Shown piece by piece: positions 11,159-24,880 of a stretch of 64,000 nucleotides of DNA (the stretch's first letter is position 1; the number at the start of each line of letters is the position of its first letter). The notes beneath the pieces are model-generated. The model did no database searches. It was not told the DNA's origin and saw nothing but the letters and a program-made list of their open reading frames with translations. This DNA is from Thermodesulfobacteriota bacterium. Lineage in GTDB: Bacteria; Desulfobacterota; Desulfarculia; JACQYL01. The stretch covers positions 2,048,001-2,112,000 of the forward strand of contig CAXXLZ010000002.1 in the NCBI GenBank assembly GCA_963675595.2. Reading direction: 5' to 3'. The position numbers were made by a program, and so were the translations under genes.

Positions 11159-11605
11159 CTAGATCACCTCGACCTTTCCGCCGGCCGCCTCAACTTTTTC
11201 CATCGCGCTTCGGCTTGCCTTGTGAACCATGATCGTCAGAGGCTTGCTCAGCTCACCTTGGCCGAGCAATTTCACTTTCCAGGAACCCTTGGACAGCATC
11301 CCTGCGGATTTCAGAGCTTCGAAATCTACAACGGTGCCAGCTTCAAACCGTTCAAGGTCTCTCACGTTGAAAATATTATACCGCTCCTTGAAGGGGAAGT
11401 TCTTAAAGCCTCCTTTGGGAAGCCTTCTGGACAACGGCATCTGGCCGCCCTCGAAATCGGGACGGACTTTGCCACCGGAACGGGATTTTTGTCCTTTCGA
11501 TCCGGCTCCCGCAGTCTTGCCCCATCCGGACCCCGGACCGCGCCCCACACGCTTGTTCTTTTTGTGGGCGCCTTCCGCGGGTTTCAGTTCGCTCAGCTTA
11601 ATCAT
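11159..11605 (-). CDS. rplO: 50S ribosomal protein L15
   Basis: [25 protein letters not shown]. Confidence 0.98.
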   Translation of the reverse strand: MIKLSELKPAEGAHKKNKRVGRGPGSGWGKTAGAGSKGQKSRSGGKVRPDFEGGQMPLSRRLPKGGFKNFPFKERYNIFNVRDLERFEAGTVVDFEALKSAGMLSKGSWKVKLLGQGELSKPLTIMVHKASRSAMEKVEAAGGKVEVI

Positions 11606-11610
11606 GGCTG

Positions 11611-11793
11611 TTACTCCAGGACTTCCACGAGATGGGAAACCTTCGCCACCATCCCGCGAGTCATCGGGGTGTCCTGCAACGTGACCGTGCGATTCAGTTT
11701 TCCAAGCCCCATGCCCTTGAGCACGGCCTTCTGCTTCTTGGGATACCCGATGGGGCTGCGCACCAATTTGATCGATATCTGCTTTGAGGTCAT
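11611..11793 (-). CDS. rpmD: 50S ribosomal protein L30
   Basis: IKLVRSPIG, GMVAKVSHLV; position in spc operon. Confidence 0.96.
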   Translation of the reverse strand: MTSKQISIKLVRSPIGYPKKQKAVLKGMGLGKLNRTVTLQDTPMTRGMVAKVSHLVEVLE

Positions 11794-11808
11794 GATCTCA
11801 CCCTGCGA

Positions 11809-12306
11809 TTATCGAATGTCTTCCAGCGATTTTCCACGCTTGCGAGCAATGGACTCGGGGCTCTCGAGTTTTCGAAGCCCGTCGAGGGTGGCCTTAACGA
11901 CATTGTGAGGGTTGTTGGTTCCCAGGCACTTGGTGAGGATGTCCTTGATCCCGGCCACTTCGAGCACGGCGCGCACGGCGCCTCCGGCGATCACTCCCGT
12001 ACCTTCCGAGGCCGGTTTGAGCATCACCGCCCCCGCGCCGTGGTTCCCGATCACTTCATAGGGAATGGTCGAGTCGATGATCGGAATGGGCGTCATATCC
12101 TTCTTAGCATTTTCAGTGGCTTTTCTGATGGCTTCCGGCACTTCGTTGGCCTTGCCGAGGCCCGCCCCGACATTGCCCTTGCCGTCACCCACCACAACGA
12201 TCGCGCTGAAGCTGAAACGACGACCACCCTTGACGACCTTGGCGACGCGACTGAGGTGGACCACCTTGTCGCTTAACTGAGATTCCGCGGCGGATTTCTC
12301 AAACAA
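11809..12306 (-). CDS. rpsE: 30S ribosomal protein S5
   Basis: [22 protein letters not shown]. Confidence 0.98.
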   Translation of the reverse strand: MFEKSAAESQLSDKVVHLSRVAKVVKGGRRFSFSAIVVVGDGKGNVGAGLGKANEVPEAIRKATENAKKDMTPIPIIDSTIPYEVIGNHGAGAVMLKPASEGTGVIAGGAVRAVLEVAGIKDILTKCLGTNNPHNVVKATLDGLRKLESPESIARKRGKSLEDIR

Positions 12307-12419
12307 TGAACGTCCCCCTTGATGCTCTTGATCTTCTGTTTAGTTACGACCCGTCATTCCTATATTGAACTTGGGCATCGTCGACGCCCATCGGATCCAT
12401 ACAACGGGCCGCACCAGGC

Positions 12420-12785
12420 TCAAAAATCCAGCCCCGCCTCACGGGCGGCGTCACTGAGGGCCTTCACCCTCCCATGGTATCGGTAGCCGTTGGTGTCCAT
12501 GGCGACTTTTGAAATTCCCTTCACCTTGGCCTTTTCGGCAATCCGTTTACCGACGAGCTTGGCCATTCCGGTCTTGGCGCCTTCCGGCTTTTCGGAACGA
12601 GTTTCGCTCTCCACGCTGGATGCGCTCACTAAGGTCACCCCCAGGCCGTCGTCGATGATCTGAGCGTAAATGTGATTGGCCGAACGAAAAACCGTGAGCC
12701 TTGGACGCTCACTCGTGCCGTTAACCCTCGTCCGGACTCTTTTCTTGCGCTTTAGGTGCGCCGATCTCTTTTTGGACATCTTCAT
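12420..12785 (-). CDS. rplR: 50S ribosomal protein L18
   Basis: [23 protein letters not shown]. Confidence 0.98.
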   Translation of the reverse strand: MKMSKKRSAHLKRKKRVRTRVNGTSERPRLTVFRSANHIYAQIIDDGLGVTLVSASSVESETRSEKPEGAKTGMAKLVGKRIAEKAKVKGISKVAMDTNGYRYHGRVKALSDAAREAGLDF

Positions 12786-12805
12786 GGTTAACCACTCCCT
12801 AGGGA

Positions 12806-13345
12806 TTACTTCGAGCCCGCCTTGCCGACTTTGCGTCTAACCCGCTCGTTCTTGTAGCGGATACCCTTCCCCTTATACGGTTCGGGAGGTCTCACGGATC
12901 GGATGTCTGCCGCCGTCTGTCCCAAGAGCTCTTTGTCGATGCCCTCCAGGGAAATGTTCACCTGCTTTTCCACTTTGGCGGTAACTCCGGAAGGCAGAGG
13001 AAAGGTAACAGGCTTGGAATAACCTACATTCAGCATGAGGTTGCTTCCCTGAACCTCGGCACGGTAGCCCACACCGACGATTTCAAGGTCCCGTACAAAT
13101 CCTTTACTCACCCCTTCGATCATGTTACCGATCAAGCTCGTGGTGAGCCCGTGCATGGATCTGGACTCTCGAGTCTCTTCGCGGGGAACCACATGCAGGA
13201 CGGAGTCCTCAATATTCACTTCCATCCGAGAATCGATCCCTCGATTGAGCTTTCCCTTGGGACCTTCCACATAAACCATTGTATCCTGCACCGATACTTT
13301 GACCCCACTGGGGAGCGGTACCGGTCTTCTTCCAACGCGCGACAT
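12806..13345 (-). CDS. rplF: 50S ribosomal protein L6
   Basis: [22 protein letters not shown]. Confidence 0.99.
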   Translation of the reverse strand: MSRVGRRPVPLPSGVKVSVQDTMVYVEGPKGKLNRGIDSRMEVNIEDSVLHVVPREETRESRSMHGLTTSLIGNMIEGVSKGFVRDLEIVGVGYRAEVQGSNLMLNVGYSKPVTFPLPSGVTAKVEKQVNISLEGIDKELLGQTAADIRSVRPPEPYKGKGIRYKNERVRRKVGKAGSK

Positions 13346-13366
13346 GTTAGAACTCCTTCTTAGGCC

Positions 13367-13765
13367 CTACCAGACCAGGCAAATAACCTCGCCCCCCACG
13401 CCGGCTTTGCGGGCCTCCCGATCCGTTATCACGCCCTTTGAGGTCGATACAACGGCGATCCCCAGGCCGTTTTGGACCTTAGGGATATTCTCGCAGCCCA
13501 CGTACATTCGGCGGCTGGGTTTGCTCACACGTTCAAGGCCGGAGATGATGCTCTTCTGGTTCTCGTCGTACCTCAGGAAAAGCCGCAATATGCCTTGACG
13601 CCTGTCCTTGATCACCTTGTAATTCTTGATGTACCCCTCGTCCTTCATGATCTTGGCCAGGCTGATCTTGATACCGGACGCCGGGATGTCCACCTTGGTG
13701 AACTTCGCCATAATACCGTTACGAATCCGGGTCAGCATGTCCGCCAACGGATCGGTCATACTCAT
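13367..13765 (-). CDS. rpsH: 30S ribosomal protein S8
   Basis: DPLADMLTRIRN, STSKG, GGEVIC; ATG at 13765 fits the RBS spacing. Confidence 0.98.
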   Translation of the reverse strand: MSMTDPLADMLTRIRNGIMAKFTKVDIPASGIKISLAKIMKDEGYIKNYKVIKDRRQGILRLFLRYDENQKSIISGLERVSKPSRRMYVGCENIPKVQNGLGIAVVSTSKGVITDREARKAGVGGEVICLVW

Positions 13766-13784
13766 AGTCACGACTCCTTGGAAC

Positions 13785-13970
13785 TTACCAGCTAGACTTG
13801 ATCACCCCGGGTATTTTCCCCCAGGAAGCCATTTGCCGGAAACAGATGCGACAGATTCCGAACTTCCGAAGGAAAGCCCTCGGACGTCCGCATCTCGGAC
13901 AGCGGTTGTATTCCCGGACCTTGAACTTTTTCGGCCTTCCGGCACTCACGATTTTCGATGTCTTCGCCAA
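13785..13970 (-). CDS. rpsN: 30S ribosomal protein S14, short Zn-binding type Z
   Basis: [22 protein letters not shown]. Confidence 0.98.
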   Translation of the reverse strand: MAKTSKIVSAGRPKKFKVREYNRCPRCGRPRAFLRKFGICRICFRQMASWGKIPGVIKSSW

Positions 13971-14094
13971 CTTGGTCCTCCATCCCGCAGAAAATTTCTA
14001 CAATCGCACAGGCAAAGGTTTTCTAACGTCTCCTCGGTGTAACCGCATCGGGAGCCCAGGCGGCGCCCGGCGGATCAATCCCCGAAAAAAGACA

Positions 14095-14634
14095 TTACTT
14101 CCGGAAAGGCATACCCATGGCGCCGATGAGGAACCGAGCCTCCTGGTCCGTCTTCGCCGTAGTGGTGATACAGATATTCATGCCTTTGACCTTTTCCACC
14201 GTATCATACTCGATCTCGGGGAAAATGATCTGTTCTTTCAAACCCATGGAAAAATTGCCGCGACCGTCAAAGGATTTATTCGGAATCCCACGGAAATCCC
14301 TGACTCGAGGAAGTGCGATGTTCACGAGTTTTTCGAGAAAATCGTACATCCTTCCCCGGCGTAAAGTCACCATACACCCGATGGGCATCCCTTTGCGCAA
14401 CTTGAAGCTCGCGATGGATTTCCTGGCCTTGGTGATCACAGGACGCTGCCCGGTGATGGCTGCGATCTCATTCACCGTGGAGTCCAGCAATTTCACGTTT
14501 TGGATCGCCTCACCCAACCCGACGTTCACGGTGATCTTCACGATTTTGGGAACTTCCATGACGTTCTTGTATCCAAACTCTTTGGTAAGAGAAGGGATAA
14601 CCTCGTCTTGGTAGTACTCTTTCAGCTTAGACAT
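14095..14634 (-). CDS. rplE: 50S ribosomal protein L5
   Basis: [26 protein letters not shown]. Confidence 0.99.
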   Translation of the reverse strand: MSKLKEYYQDEVIPSLTKEFGYKNVMEVPKIVKITVNVGLGEAIQNVKLLDSTVNEIAAITGQRPVITKARKSIASFKLRKGMPIGCMVTLRRGRMYDFLEKLVNIALPRVRDFRGIPNKSFDGRGNFSMGLKEQIIFPEIEYDTVEKVKGMNICITTTAKTDQEARFLIGAMGMPFRK

Positions 14635-14663
14635 GGTGCATTACTCGCAATTCGTCGGGACGA

Positions 14664-14984
14664 TCAGGCGTCCACTTGTTCATTGCACTTCCGGCAGATA
14701 CGTACCCGTTTTCCGTCGTCCAGTTCTTTGTGCCCGATGCGCGTAACCTGGCCGCACTTGGAACAGACCAACATCAGGTTGGAGGCGTGCAGCGCGGCTT
14801 CCTTCTCAATGATGCCGCCCTTGCCCGTCTTCTGACCGCCCCGGGAATGACGCTTGACAAAGTTCACCTTCTCCACGATGACACGATCTTTTTCGCGAAT
14901 GACGTTCAGCACTTTGCCCGTCTTGCCTTTGTCCTTGCCGGCGATGACCTTCACTTGGTCGTTTTTCTTGAGCCCTAGTTTCAT
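14664..14984 (-). CDS. rplX: 50S ribosomal protein L24
   Basis: KOW motif VKVIAGKDKGKTGKV. Confidence 0.98.
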   Translation of the reverse strand: MKLGLKKNDQVKVIAGKDKGKTGKVLNVIREKDRVIVEKVNFVKRHSRGGQKTGKGGIIEKEAALHASNLMLVCSKCGQVTRIGHKELDDGKRVRICRKCNEQVDA

Positions 14985-14995
14985 CTCGTTCGCTC

Positions 14996-15364
14996 CTAGA
15001 TGACTTCCGGTGCGAGGGACACGATTTTCATGAAGTTCTTCGCCCGAAGTTCTCTCGCCACGGGACCGAAAATACGTGTACCGATAGGCTCCCTCTGATT
15101 GTTGATCAGCACCGCCGAATTTTTGTCGAACTTGATATAGCTCCCATCGGGGCGTCCCACTTCCTTGGCGGTGCGAACCACCACCGCCTTCATCACGTCG
15201 CCCTTCTTCACCTTGGAATTGGGAATCGCTTCCCGCACGGAAACCACGATGATATCACCCAAAGATGCGTAGCGCCTCTTAGAGCCGCCCAGCACTTTGA
15301 TGCAGAAGAGCTTTTTCGCGCCCGAGTTGTCCGCGGCGTCTAGAATGGTCTGCGACTGAACCAT
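14996..15364 (-). CDS. rplN: 50S ribosomal protein L14
   Basis: [19 protein letters not shown]. Confidence 0.99.
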   Translation of the reverse strand: MVQSQTILDAADNSGAKKLFCIKVLGGSKRRYASLGDIIVVSVREAIPNSKVKKGDVMKAVVVRTAKEVGRPDGSYIKFDKNSAVLINNQREPIGTRIFGPVARELRAKNFMKIVSLAPEVI

Positions 15365-15378
15365 GTTCCACTCTCCAC

Positions 15379-15642
15379 TTACAACACTTTTTCAAGAATC
15401 TTGCCGACGCGGAAATGCTTGTCCTTGCTGATGGGTCTGCATTCCACGATAAGAACGCGGTCTCCCACGGAACAGGCGTTACCCTCGTCGTGGGCTTTGT
15501 ACTTTTTCTGCGTCTTCACGTATTTCTTGTACATAGGATGCTGATACAACCGCGTGACGCTCACCACCGCAGTCTTATCCATTTTATTACTGACCACCAC
15601 ACCGGTCAGGGTTTTCTTCCTTCCAACGTTTTCCTCGCCCAT
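15379..15642 (-). CDS. rpsQ: 30S ribosomal protein S17
   Basis: [21 protein letters not shown]. Confidence 0.98.
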   Translation of the reverse strand: MGEENVGRKKTLTGVVVSNKMDKTAVVSVTRLYQHPMYKKYVKTQKKYKAHDEGNACSVGDRVLIVECRPISKDKHFRVGKILEKVL

Positions 15643-15660
15643 GACTTTCCCCGGTATCGC

Positions 15661-15855
15661 TTAACCTTCGCGCCGTTCGTTGAGAATGGTCTTGACCCGC
15701 GCAATGTCTCGTTTCGTGGCCTTAACCCGCATTACATTTTCCAATTGGCCCGTCGCATGCTGGAACTTCAGGTTAAACAGCTCCTCAGTAAGCTCACGCT
15801 CCTTTTGGACCAATTCTTCGCGGTTCAGGTCTTTCAGTTCGGATACCTTCATCAC
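15661..15855 (-). CDS. rpmC: 50S ribosomal protein L29
   Basis: ELFNLKFQHATGQLEN, IARVKT. Confidence 0.97.
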   Translation of the reverse strand: MMKVSELKDLNREELVQKERELTEELFNLKFQHATGQLENVMRVKATKRDIARVKTILNERREG

Positions 15856-16266
15856 CTACTCCTCCCGAACGACGATTTTGGTTCTTACGGGCAATTTCTG
15901 GGCGGCGAGCCGAAGCGCTTCCTTCATCACATCCAGCCTCACGCCGTCCATTTCATAAAGGATCCTTCCGGGCTTGATTACCGACACCCAGCCTTCCGGA
16001 GCCCCCTTACCTTTTCCCATGCGCGTTTCCGTAGGCTTCTTCGTGATCGGCTTGTCGGGAAAGATTCGAATCCAGATTTTCCCGCCCCTTTTTACGTGAC
16101 GGGTCATGGCGATACGAGCCGCCTCTATCTGCGGTGCCGTGATCCGGCCCATCTCCTGGGACTGAAGTCCAACACTTCCAAACTGAAGGCTCCCGCCGCG
16201 CCAGGAAAATCCTCGGATGCGCCCCTTCATTTGTTTACGATATTTGACCTTCTTGGGAGCTAGCAT
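15856..16266 (-). CDS. rplP: 50S ribosomal protein L16
   Basis: [22 protein letters not shown]. Confidence 0.99.
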   Translation of the reverse strand: MLAPKKVKYRKQMKGRIRGFSWRGGSLQFGSVGLQSQEMGRITAPQIEAARIAMTRHVKRGGKIWIRIFPDKPITKKPTETRMGKGKGAPEGWVSVIKPGRILYEMDGVRLDVMKEALRLAAQKLPVRTKIVVREE

Positions 16267-16325
16267 GGCTCAGGATTCCTTGTTACCTCAAAAGATAATT
16301 CGTGTTTCGGCCCGCTCATCCTCTC

Positions 16326-16958
16326 CTAGGCTTCATCCAAGATTTCGCCTTTAAAAATGAGCACCTTTACGCCGATCACACCGTACGTGGTTCTCGCTTC
16401 CGTGAAACCGTAGTCGACATCCGCGCGCAATGTATGCAACGGTACGCGGCCCTCACGGTACCATTCCCTACGGGCCATTTCCGCTCCGGCCAACCGTCCG
16501 CCGCAGGCGATCTTGATCCCCTGGGCCCCCAGTTTCATAGCGCTGGTCACCGCCTTTTTCATGGCCCGACGAAAAGCGACCCGACGTTCCAATTGAGAAG
16601 CAACGGCTTCCGCGACCAACTGGGCGTCCACTTCGGGTTTTCGGACTTCTTGGATGTCGATCATAATGTCGCGGTGGATCAGATTGACCAATTCTTTTTT
16701 CAGGGCTTCGATTTCCTGCCCTTTTTTCCCAATCACAATTCCCGGACGGGATGTATGAATGATGAGCTTGACCTTGCTTGCGGCCCGTTCCACCTCAATC
16801 TTGGAAACCCCGGCGTGACTCAATTTCTTCTTAAGAAACTTCCGGAGCTTATCATCCTCGATGAGGAACTTGGGGAACTCTTTCGAAGCGAACCATCTCG
16901 AGTCCCACGTCCGGTTGACACCCAATCGGAAGCCTATCGGATTGACCTTCTGTCCCAA
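16326..16958 (-). CDS. rpsC: 30S ribosomal protein S3 (TTG start at 16958)
   Basis: [32 protein letters not shown]; GGGAGG RBS upstream of the TTG. Confidence 0.98.
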   Translation of the reverse strand: MGQKVNPIGFRLGVNRTWDSRWFASKEFPKFLIEDDKLRKFLKKKLSHAGVSKIEVERAASKVKLIIHTSRPGIVIGKKGQEIEALKKELVNLIHRDIMIDIQEVRKPEVDAQLVAEAVASQLERRVAFRRAMKKAVTSAMKLGAQGIKIACGGRLAGAEMARREWYREGRVPLHTLRADVDYGFTEARTTYGVIGVKVLIFKGEILDEA

Positions 16959-16978
16959 AGCAAACCTCCCAAGTCGGT

Positions 16979-17311
16979 TTATGACTCTTCCAAAATGATG
17001 GTGATGTGGCTCGTTCGTTTGCGAATTCGAGTAGCTCTCCCCATGGCCCGCGGTCTCCATCGCTTCAAGGTCGGTCCTTCATCCGCATAGGCGGTCTTGA
17101 CCACCAGGGTATCCACATCAATATTGGGATTCTGGTCCGCATTGGCAACCGCCGAGTTCAGAACTTTAAGAATAAGGTCGGCGGCTCGCTTGTCGGTGAA
17201 TCTCAGCACGTTCAAGGCGTCTTCCACCCTTTTGCCCCTGACCGTGTCAATAATCAGCCGGGCTTTTTGAGGGGACACCCTCAAATATTTCCCCTGAGCA
17301 CGTACTTGCAT
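16979..17311 (-). CDS. rplV: 50S ribosomal protein L22
   Basis: [20 protein letters not shown]. Confidence 0.98.
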   Translation of the reverse strand: MQVRAQGKYLRVSPQKARLIIDTVRGKRVEDALNVLRFTDKRAADLILKVLNSAVANADQNPNIDVDTLVVKTAYADEGPTLKRWRPRAMGRATRIRKRTSHITIILEES

Positions 17312-17328
17312 AACTCATGATCTCCAGG

Positions 17329-17616
17329 CTATTTCTTGCCTTTGACACGGGCCTTCTTATCGCCCGCATGCCCGTAAAAGGTACGCGTGGGGGCGAATTC
17401 GCCCAGCTTGTGTCCCACCATGTTTTCCGTCACGAATACGGGAATGAACTTCTTTCCGTTGTGCACCGCGAAGGTCAGGCCGATAAATTCGGGAACGATG
17501 GTAGAACGCCTCGACCACGTCTGGATCACCTTGCGTGAGCCGGAGTCTTTGGACTGCATCGCCTTCCTCATCAAATGACCGTCGAGAAAGGGTCCTTTTT
17601 TCAGCGATCTGGGCAC
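17329..17616 (-). CDS. rpsS: 30S ribosomal protein S19
   Basis: [25 protein letters not shown]. Confidence 0.99.
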   Translation of the reverse strand: MPRSLKKGPFLDGHLMRKAMQSKDSGSRKVIQTWSRRSTIVPEFIGLTFAVHNGKKFIPVFVTENMVGHKLGEFAPTRTFYGHAGDKKARVKGKK

Positions 17617-17625
17617 GTCTACCTC

Positions 17626-18453
17626 CTACTTCTTTGAACGCCTTTTCACGATAAAGTTGTCACTGAGCTTTCTCCGACGCGTCTTGTATCCCTTTGTCGG
17701 TTTACCCCAAGGCGTGACGGGATGGCGACCTCCGGAAGACTTGCCTTCACCACCGCCGTGCGGATGGTCGATCGGGTTCATGGCTACACCGCGCACCTTG
17801 GGCCTGAGTCCGAGCCAACGCTTTCGCCCGGCTTTGCCGATGGAGACGTTCTCGTGCTCCAGGTTGCCCAATTGCCCAATGCTGGCCTTGCAGTCGATCC
17901 TCACCATTCTTACTTCCCCGGAGGGAAGCTTCACCTGAGCGTAGGAGCCTTCCTTGGCCATAAGCTGTGCATAGCCTCCGGCCGAACGGACCATCTGCCC
18001 GCCACGACCGGGGTAAAGCTCAATATTATGAATATGAGTGCCCAGTGGAATATTTCGGATCGGAAGGCAGTTTCCCGGCTTAATATCTGCGCTGTCGCCG
18101 GAAATAACCATGTCGCCCACCCTGATCCTCAAGGGAGCCAGGATGTATCGCTTCTCACCATCCAAATAGTGCAGAAGGGCGATACGGGCGGATCGATTGG
18201 GGTCGTATTCGATGGTGGCCACTTTGGCGGGCACGCCGATCTTGTCTCGTTTGAAGTCGATGACGCGATAGCGCCGTTTGTGTCCACCGCCTCGATGCCG
18301 CGCCGTCACCCTGCCGTTGGCGTTCCTGCCACCGGACTTGCTGATGGGGCGGATCAGGCTTCTCTCCGGACTTGTCGTCGTGATCTCATCGAAGGTTGAA
18401 CTCGTCTGAAATCTTCGACCCGGAGACGTTGCATTACGTTTCTTGATCGCCAT
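17626..18453 (-). CDS. rplB: 50S ribosomal protein L2
   Basis: [25 protein letters not shown]. Confidence 0.99.
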   Translation of the reverse strand: MAIKKRNATSPGRRFQTSSTFDEITTTSPERSLIRPISKSGGRNANGRVTARHRGGGHKRRYRVIDFKRDKIGVPAKVATIEYDPNRSARIALLHYLDGEKRYILAPLRIRVGDMVISGDSADIKPGNCLPIRNIPLGTHIHNIELYPGRGGQMVRSAGGYAQLMAKEGSYAQVKLPSGEVRMVRIDCKASIGQLGNLEHENVSIGKAGRKRWLGLRPKVRGVAMNPIDHPHGGGEGKSSGGRHPVTPWGKPTKGYKTRRRKLSDNFIVKRRSKK

Positions 18454-18462
18454 GATACCCTC

Positions 18463-18753
18463 TTAAGCGCCTTCAAAGAAATCAACGTGTTCGCCGGGAG
18501 CCAAGGTAACGAGCGCCTTCTTCCAATCGGCTTTCTTGCCCGTGAATCTCCCCATGCGCTTCTTCTTCCCTTCCATGTTCATGGTGCGCACGTCAAGAAC
18601 CTTCACGTTGAACGCCTTCTCCACGGCCCGGCGAATTTCGATTTTGTTGGCCTTGGGGTTCACCGAGAAGGCAAGTTCGTTGTTTTCCTCTTTTTGGATA
18701 GTGCTCTTCTCCGTGATATGGGGCCTGAAGAGAATGTTATGCAGATCCTTCAT
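18463..18753 (-). CDS. rplW: 50S ribosomal protein L23
   Basis: [19 protein letters not shown]. Confidence 0.98.
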   Translation of the reverse strand: MKDLHNILFRPHITEKSTIQKEENNELAFSVNPKANKIEIRRAVEKAFNVKVLDVRTMNMEGKKKRMGRFTGKKADWKKALVTLAPGEHVDFFEGA

Positions 18754-19375
18754 TGCGGGCCAACCTCTCTTTGATCGCCTCCATCGCCGGTTCCAGGACG
18801 ATCAAGTTCTCGTACTTCAGGATGTCGTAAACATTCAGTCCGTTGGTGTGCAGGACCTTTACGTGCGGCACGTTACGGGCCGACTTCATCAGAATCTCGT
18901 CATCTCTCGAAGTCAGGATCAAAGCGTTGGTAAAATCGAGTCCGGACAGCGCCTCGAAAAACAGCTTGGTCTTGATCTCGGAAAGCCCGAATTCATTCAG
19001 CACACACACTTTTTCACTTCTCCGCTTGTCGCTGAGCGCCATGCACAGCGCCAAACGCCGTACCTTTTTAGGAACCCTTTGCTCGTAGGATCGCGGCTTG
19101 GGAGCCAAAGCTCTACCGCCTCCCCGCCACACGGGGCTCGTACGAGTTCCGGCACGCGCTCTTCCCGTACCTTTTTGCCGGTAGGGTTTCTTTCCTCCGC
19201 CGCGCACTTCCGACCGAGTTTTGGTCGATGCAGTGCCTTGGCGTCTTGCGGCCAGCTGCGCACAAACCACCTGGTGCAACACTCCCAACGTCACCGGCAC
19301 ATCCCAAATAGCGTCGGGCGCGTCGATTTCGGAGACCTTTTCCTTCTTTACGTTGATAACATCCAGGACGGGCAT
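18737..19375 (-). CDS. rplD: 50S ribosomal protein L4
   Basis: [25 protein letters not shown]. Confidence 0.98.
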   Translation of the reverse strand: MPVLDVINVKKEKVSEIDAPDAIWDVPVTLGVLHQVVCAQLAARRQGTASTKTRSEVRGGGKKPYRQKGTGRARAGTRTSPVWRGGGRALAPKPRSYEQRVPKKVRRLALCMALSDKRRSEKVCVLNEFGLSEIKTKLFFEALSGLDFTNALILTSRDDEILMKSARNVPHVKVLHTNGLNVYDILKYENLIVLEPAMEAIKERLARNEGSA

Positions 19376-19384
19376 GACCTTACC

Positions 19385-20035
19385 TCACTCTTCCGATGCT
19401 TCCGCAGCAGGACCTTTTCTCACGATCACCAAGCCGTTGGTGCTGCCGGGCACCGCTCCCTTTACGATCAGGAGATTCTGATCCGGACGCACGTCCAGGA
19501 TCGTAAGATTCTTGACCGTCGTTTGCTTATTGCCATAGTGACCGGGCATCTTGCGCCCTTTCACGACACGAGCCGGATAGGCGCTCGATCCGATGGAACC
19601 AGGGGACCTATGAGTCTTGCAGCCGTGGCTGGCCTTGCCGCCCGCGAATCCGTGCCGCTTCATGACGCCGGCGAATCCGTGCCCTTTGGAAGTCCCGGTT
19701 ACATGAACCAAGTCACCCGGCGCAAAAAGACTTACGTCCACCGACTCTCCCACCTCGTACTCGTCGGGATTCTCAACAGGAAACTCTTTGAGATGAGCCA
19801 AAGGTTCGACGCCGGCGGCCTTGAAATGCCCCAAAACAGGTTTGGTCGTACGCTTCTCCTTTTTCGGCCGGAATCCCAACTGCACGGCGGAGTACCCTTC
19901 CCTGCCTTCGCTCTTCTTCTGAACGACGGTGCAGGGGCCCACCTGGAGGACGGTGGCCGGCACGGCCAATCCCTCTTCCAAAAAGAACCGGGTCATCCCT
20001 AATTTCAATCCCATCAAACCTGGCAGCATCGTCAT
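19385..20035 (-). CDS. rplC: 50S ribosomal protein L3
   Basis: [19 protein letters not shown]. Confidence 0.98.
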   Translation of the reverse strand: MTMLPGLMGLKLGMTRFFLEEGLAVPATVLQVGPCTVVQKKSEGREGYSAVQLGFRPKKEKRTTKPVLGHFKAAGVEPLAHLKEFPVENPDEYEVGESVDVSLFAPGDLVHVTGTSKGHGFAGVMKRHGFAGGKASHGCKTHRSPGSIGSSAYPARVVKGRKMPGHYGNKQTTVKNLTILDVRPDQNLLIVKGAVPGSTNGLVIVRKGPAAEASEE

Positions 20036-20126
20036 ATCCTCGACGCCCCCGTCCTCCCCGACGTTTCAATGATCAGCAACGATGGGGTCGCGACGGTCGA
20101 GCCTCTCGCTTTTCGTTTTGTTCAGG

Positions 20127-20438
20127 CTACAGCTTGATCTCGACGTCAACGCCGGCGGACAACTCCAACTTCATCAACGCATCCACCGTCTGTTGCGTAG
20201 GCTCAAGGATGTCCAGGAGCCTCTTGTGCGTGCGGATCTCAAACTGTTCCCGGGATTTCTTATCAATGTGCGGAGAACGCAACACCGTAAACTTGTTGAT
20301 CCGAGTGGGCAGAGGGATCGGACCCGCAACCCTCGCCCCAGTTCGCCGGGCGGTCTCAACGATCTCGCCCGCAGACAGGTCCAGAAGCTTATGATCATAG
20401 GCCTGCAGTCGGATCCTGATTTTCTGGTTTTCCATCAT
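20127..20438 (-). CDS. rpsJ: 30S ribosomal protein S10
   Basis: [28 protein letters not shown]. Confidence 0.99.
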   Translation of the reverse strand: MMENQKIRIRLQAYDHKLLDLSAGEIVETARRTGARVAGPIPLPTRINKFTVLRSPHIDKKSREQFEIRTHKRLLDILEPTQQTVDALMKLELSAGVDVEIKL

Positions 20439-20453
20439 GGGTCGACTACCCTT

Positions 20454-21647
<1,194 letters not shown>

Positions 21648-21666
21648 TTCCCGTATCCTCCTTCGC

Positions 21667-23754
21667 CTAATTGGAACTCTTCTTTGCCATGACTTCCTGG
21701 GCAATCGCGCTGGGCATTGGGTCGTAACGCAAGAAGTGCATGCTGTAGGTTGCCCGGCCGGTCGTCTTGCCTCTCAGGTCCGTCGCATATCCAAACATGT
21801 TCGACAACGGAACTTCCGCATCCACGATCTGCATGTTGGCGCGGGCTTCCATCCGGGTGATGCGCCCTCTTCTGGAGTTCAGATCGCCGACGACTTCTCC
21901 GATGAATTCTTCCGGGGTAACCACTTCAACCATCATGATGGGCTCCAGAAGTATCGGTCCGGCTTTCTTGGACCCGTCCCTCAATCCCATGGATCCGGCG
22001 ATCTGAAAGGCCCGATCCGACGAATCCACCTCATGATAGGACCCGTCCGTCAGGGTAACGCGGATATCGACCATGGGAAAACCCGCCAGAACCCCCTTTT
22101 TCGCCGCTTCTTCCACCCCTTTTTTCACCGACGGAATGAATTCCTTGGGAACGACGCCCCCAACTATCTGCGACAGGAATTCGAAACCCGATCCCTTCTC
22201 CAACGGCTCGATCTTTAAGACAACGTGGCCGTACTGCCCTCGCCCGCCACTTTGGTGCACGTACCGCGACTCCTGAGTGACTCCCTGGGTCAGAGTCTCA
22301 CGATAGCTGACCTCCGGTCGGCCAACTTTGGCCTTCACTTTGAATTCCCTGAAAACCCGGTCCACCAATACTTCCAGGTGAAGTTCACCCATCCCCGCCA
22401 CGATCGTCTGTCCGGTTTCTTCATTAAAGGACAATCGGCAGGAGGGGTCTTCCGCGGTGAGCTTATTGAGAGCCACACCGAGCTTTTCCCGATCATCCTT
22501 GGATTCCGGCTCAATAGCGATGGATATTACCGGCTCCGGCACATCAAGGGATTCGAGCAAAATCGGAAACTTTTCGTCACTGAGAGAATCTCCCGTGCCG
22601 GTATTCTTGAGGCCCACGGCGGCAACAATGTCACCGGCGCGGACTTCCTTGATTTCCTCGCGTTTGTCGGCGTGCATTCGCATCAGCCTGCCGATTTTCT
22701 CTCGACTATTCTTAGAGACGTTGAGCAACTGTGTGCCTGAAGCCATCGTCCCCGAATAGACTCGGAGGAAAGTCAACTGCCCGACATAGGGGTCCGTCAT
22801 CACTTTGAAGGCCAGTGCGCTGACGGGTGCGTCATCCGAGGCATCCCGAGTTTCGGGGCCTCCTTCCGGGTTCAACCCGTTGGTCGGAGAAACGTCCAGA
22901 GGAGAGGGCAGATAATCCACCACGCCGTCGAGCAAAGGCTGAATCCCTTTATTCTTAAAGGCGGAGCCGCAGAATACGGGGATCAGATCAAGACCCACCG
23001 TCGCCTTGCGTATGGCCGCTTTCAGTCGTGCGGTTTCTATGGGATTACCTTCCAAATAACTTTCCATAACGGACTCGTCAAAGTCGGCCACCTGCTCGAT
23101 GAGGGTGTCTCTTCTGGCTTCGAATTCCTCTCTCAGATCATCCGGAACAGCTTCGGTGCTGAACTGTGCTCCCAGTTCCGACCCATCCCACACCACAGCT
23201 TGTCCGGACACTAAATCCACTATGCCCCGAAAATCCCGTTCGCTTCCGATGGGAAACTGGAGCAGAAGCGGAGCGGCACCCAAACGTGTTCGCATCATCT
23301 CGACACAACGATCCACATCGGCACCGGTGCGGTCCACCTTATTGATGAAGGCCAGCCTCGGAATTCGGTAACGGTCCGCTTGTCTCCACACCGTTTCCGA
23401 TTGTGGCTCGACCCCTCCCACAGCGCAGAAAACCGCAATTACCCCATCCAACACACGAAGGCTGCGTTCCACTTCGATGGTAAAGTCCACGTGACCCGGC
23501 GTGTCGATGATATTGACTCGATGGTTTTTCCAGGAGCAGCTCGTCGCGGCGGACGTAATCGTAATTCCGCGCTCCCTCTCCTGTTCCATCCAGTCCATCG
23601 TGGTCGTGCCGTCGTGTACTTCTCCGATCTTGTACGAAACCCCCGTATAGTACAGGATACGTTCCGTGGTGGTGGTCTTTCCCGCGTCAATATGGGCCAT
23701 CAACCCAATATTTCGCATCCGCTCCAAAGCGGTGCTTCTAACCGGCTTGGGCAC
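21667..23754 (-). CDS. fusA: Elongation factor G
   Basis: [32 protein letters not shown]. Confidence 0.98.
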   Translation of the reverse strand: MPKPVRSTALERMRNIGLMAHIDAGKTTTTERILYYTGVSYKIGEVHDGTTTMDWMEQERERGITITSAATSCSWKNHRVNIIDTPGHVDFTIEVERSLRVLDGVIAVFCAVGGVEPQSETVWRQADRYRIPRLAFINKVDRTGADVDRCVEMMRTRLGAAPLLLQFPIGSERDFRGIVDLVSGQAVVWDGSELGAQFSTEAVPDDLREEFEARRDTLIEQVADFDESVMESYLEGNPIETARLKAAIRKATVGLDLIPVFCGSAFKNKGIQPLLDGVVDYLPSPLDVSPTNGLNPEGGPETRDASDDAPVSALAFKVMTDPYVGQLTFLRVYSGTMASGTQLLNVSKNSREKIGRLMRMHADKREEIKEVRAGDIVAAVGLKNTGTGDSLSDEKFPILLESLDVPEPVISIAIEPESKDDREKLGVALNKLTAEDPSCRLSFNEETGQTIVAGMGELHLEVLVDRVFREFKVKAKVGRPEVSYRETLTQGVTQESRYVHQSGGRGQYGHVVLKIEPLEKGSGFEFLSQIVGGVVPKEFIPSVKKGVEEAAKKGVLAGFPMVDIRVTLTDGSYHEVDSSDRAFQIAGSMGLRDGSKKAGPILLEPIMMVEVVTPEEFIGEVVGDLNSRRGRITRMEARANMQIVDAEVPLSNMFGYATDLRGKTTGRATYSMHFLRYDPMPSAIAQEVMAKKSSN

Positions 23755-23826
23755 TACGCGACCCTATCTCAAAAAAGAAAAAAGGGAGCTCTAAAATCGT
23801 ATCGGAAACTCCCCGTATGTTCGGCT

Positions 23827-24297
23827 CTACCAACGATAATGAGCGAAAGCCTTGTTGGCCTCCGCCATCTTATGCGTGTCTTCCCTCTTCTTCACCGAAG
23901 CACCGCGATTGCCGGCCGCATCCATCAGCTCCGCGGCCAACTTATTCCACATTCCCTTTTCTCCACGCTTAACCGAAAAGGAAATAATCCAGCGAATGGC
24001 CAAAGCCGTCCGGCGGGCCCCGCGGATCTCAACGGGCACCTGGTATGTGGAACCACCAACTCGACGCGATTTGACTTCGAGGAGAGGTTTCACGTTGTCC
24101 ATGGCCTTTTCGAACACCTTGAGAGGATCTTCCTTGGTACGCTCGGCAATCCGGTCTAGGGCGTCGTACATGATTCGTTCGGAGACGCTCTTCTTACCGT
24201 CCTGCATCAGGCCGTTCACGAACTGGGAAATAAGTCGACTCCCGAACTTGGGATCGGGCAGAACTTCCCTCTTGCTGATTTCACGTCTTCTGGGCAT
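23827..24297 (-). CDS. rpsG: 30S ribosomal protein S7
   Basis: [24 protein letters not shown]. Confidence 0.99.
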   Translation of the reverse strand: MPRRREISKREVLPDPKFGSRLISQFVNGLMQDGKKSVSERIMYDALDRIAERTKEDPLKVFEKAMDNVKPLLEVKSRRVGGSTYQVPVEIRGARRTALAIRWIISFSVKRGEKGMWNKLAAELMDAAGNRGASVKKREDTHKMAEANKAFAHYRW

Positions 24298-24314
24298 GGA
24301 TACCTCGACTCACT

Positions 24315-24686
24315 CTACTTGGGCCGCTTGGCGCCGTACTTGGAGCGCCCCTGCCTGCGGTTCTGTACACCCAACGTGTCCAATGTCCCGCGGATGATAT
24401 GATAACGAACACCCGGCAAGTCCTTTACACGACCTCCCCGAATGAGCACCACGGAGTGTTCCTGCAGGTTATGCCCTTCCCCGGGAATATAGGCCGTTAC
24501 TTCCATGGCGTTGGTGAGACGCACCCTGGCGACCTTTCGTAACGCCGAATTTGGTTTCTTAGGCGTCGCGGTGTAGACGCGCGTGCACACACCGCGTTTC
24601 TGGGGTGATCCTTTCAACGCGGGAGTCGATGAGGATTTCTTCACCCGCTTCCTCGCCTTGCGCACGAGCTGGTTAATCGTCGGCAT
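24315..24686 (-). CDS. rpsL: 30S ribosomal protein S12 (start at 24686)
   Basis: [29 protein letters not shown]. Confidence 0.99.
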   Translation of the reverse strand: MPTINQLVRKARKRVKKSSSTPALKGSPQKRGVCTRVYTATPKKPNSALRKVARVRLTNAMEVTAYIPGEGHNLQEHSVVLIRGGRVKDLPGVRYHIIRGTLDTLGVQNRRQGRSKYGAKRPK

Positions 24687-24772
24687 AAACAATTCCCTGC
24701 TTGAACATGTAGGAGATGATCCCGAATTCTTCGGGGTGAAACGCTCTTCGAGCGGAAGCGTCAAAAAGGTGA

Positions 24773-24801
24773 TTTTTACTACGCAATTCCAAGCGTGTCA
24801 A
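24773..24801 (-). promoter_or_regulatory. sigma70 promoter of the str operon, TTGACA-N17-TAAAAA
   Basis: Perfect -35, 17-nt spacer, T-rich UP-like tract upstream. Confidence 0.65.
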
Positions 24802-24834
24802 GGTAAAAAATAATTCACCGGGTTCCTTTGCCGA

Positions 24835-24867
24835 GGAGGCCGGCGAGTTCTCCTTCGTCCGGCCTCC
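24835..24867. other. GC-rich hairpin just after rpoC, without a U-tract
   Basis: GGAGGCCGG...CCGGCCTCC 9-bp stem. Confidence 0.45.
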
Positions 24868-24880
24868 AATCCACCCTTTA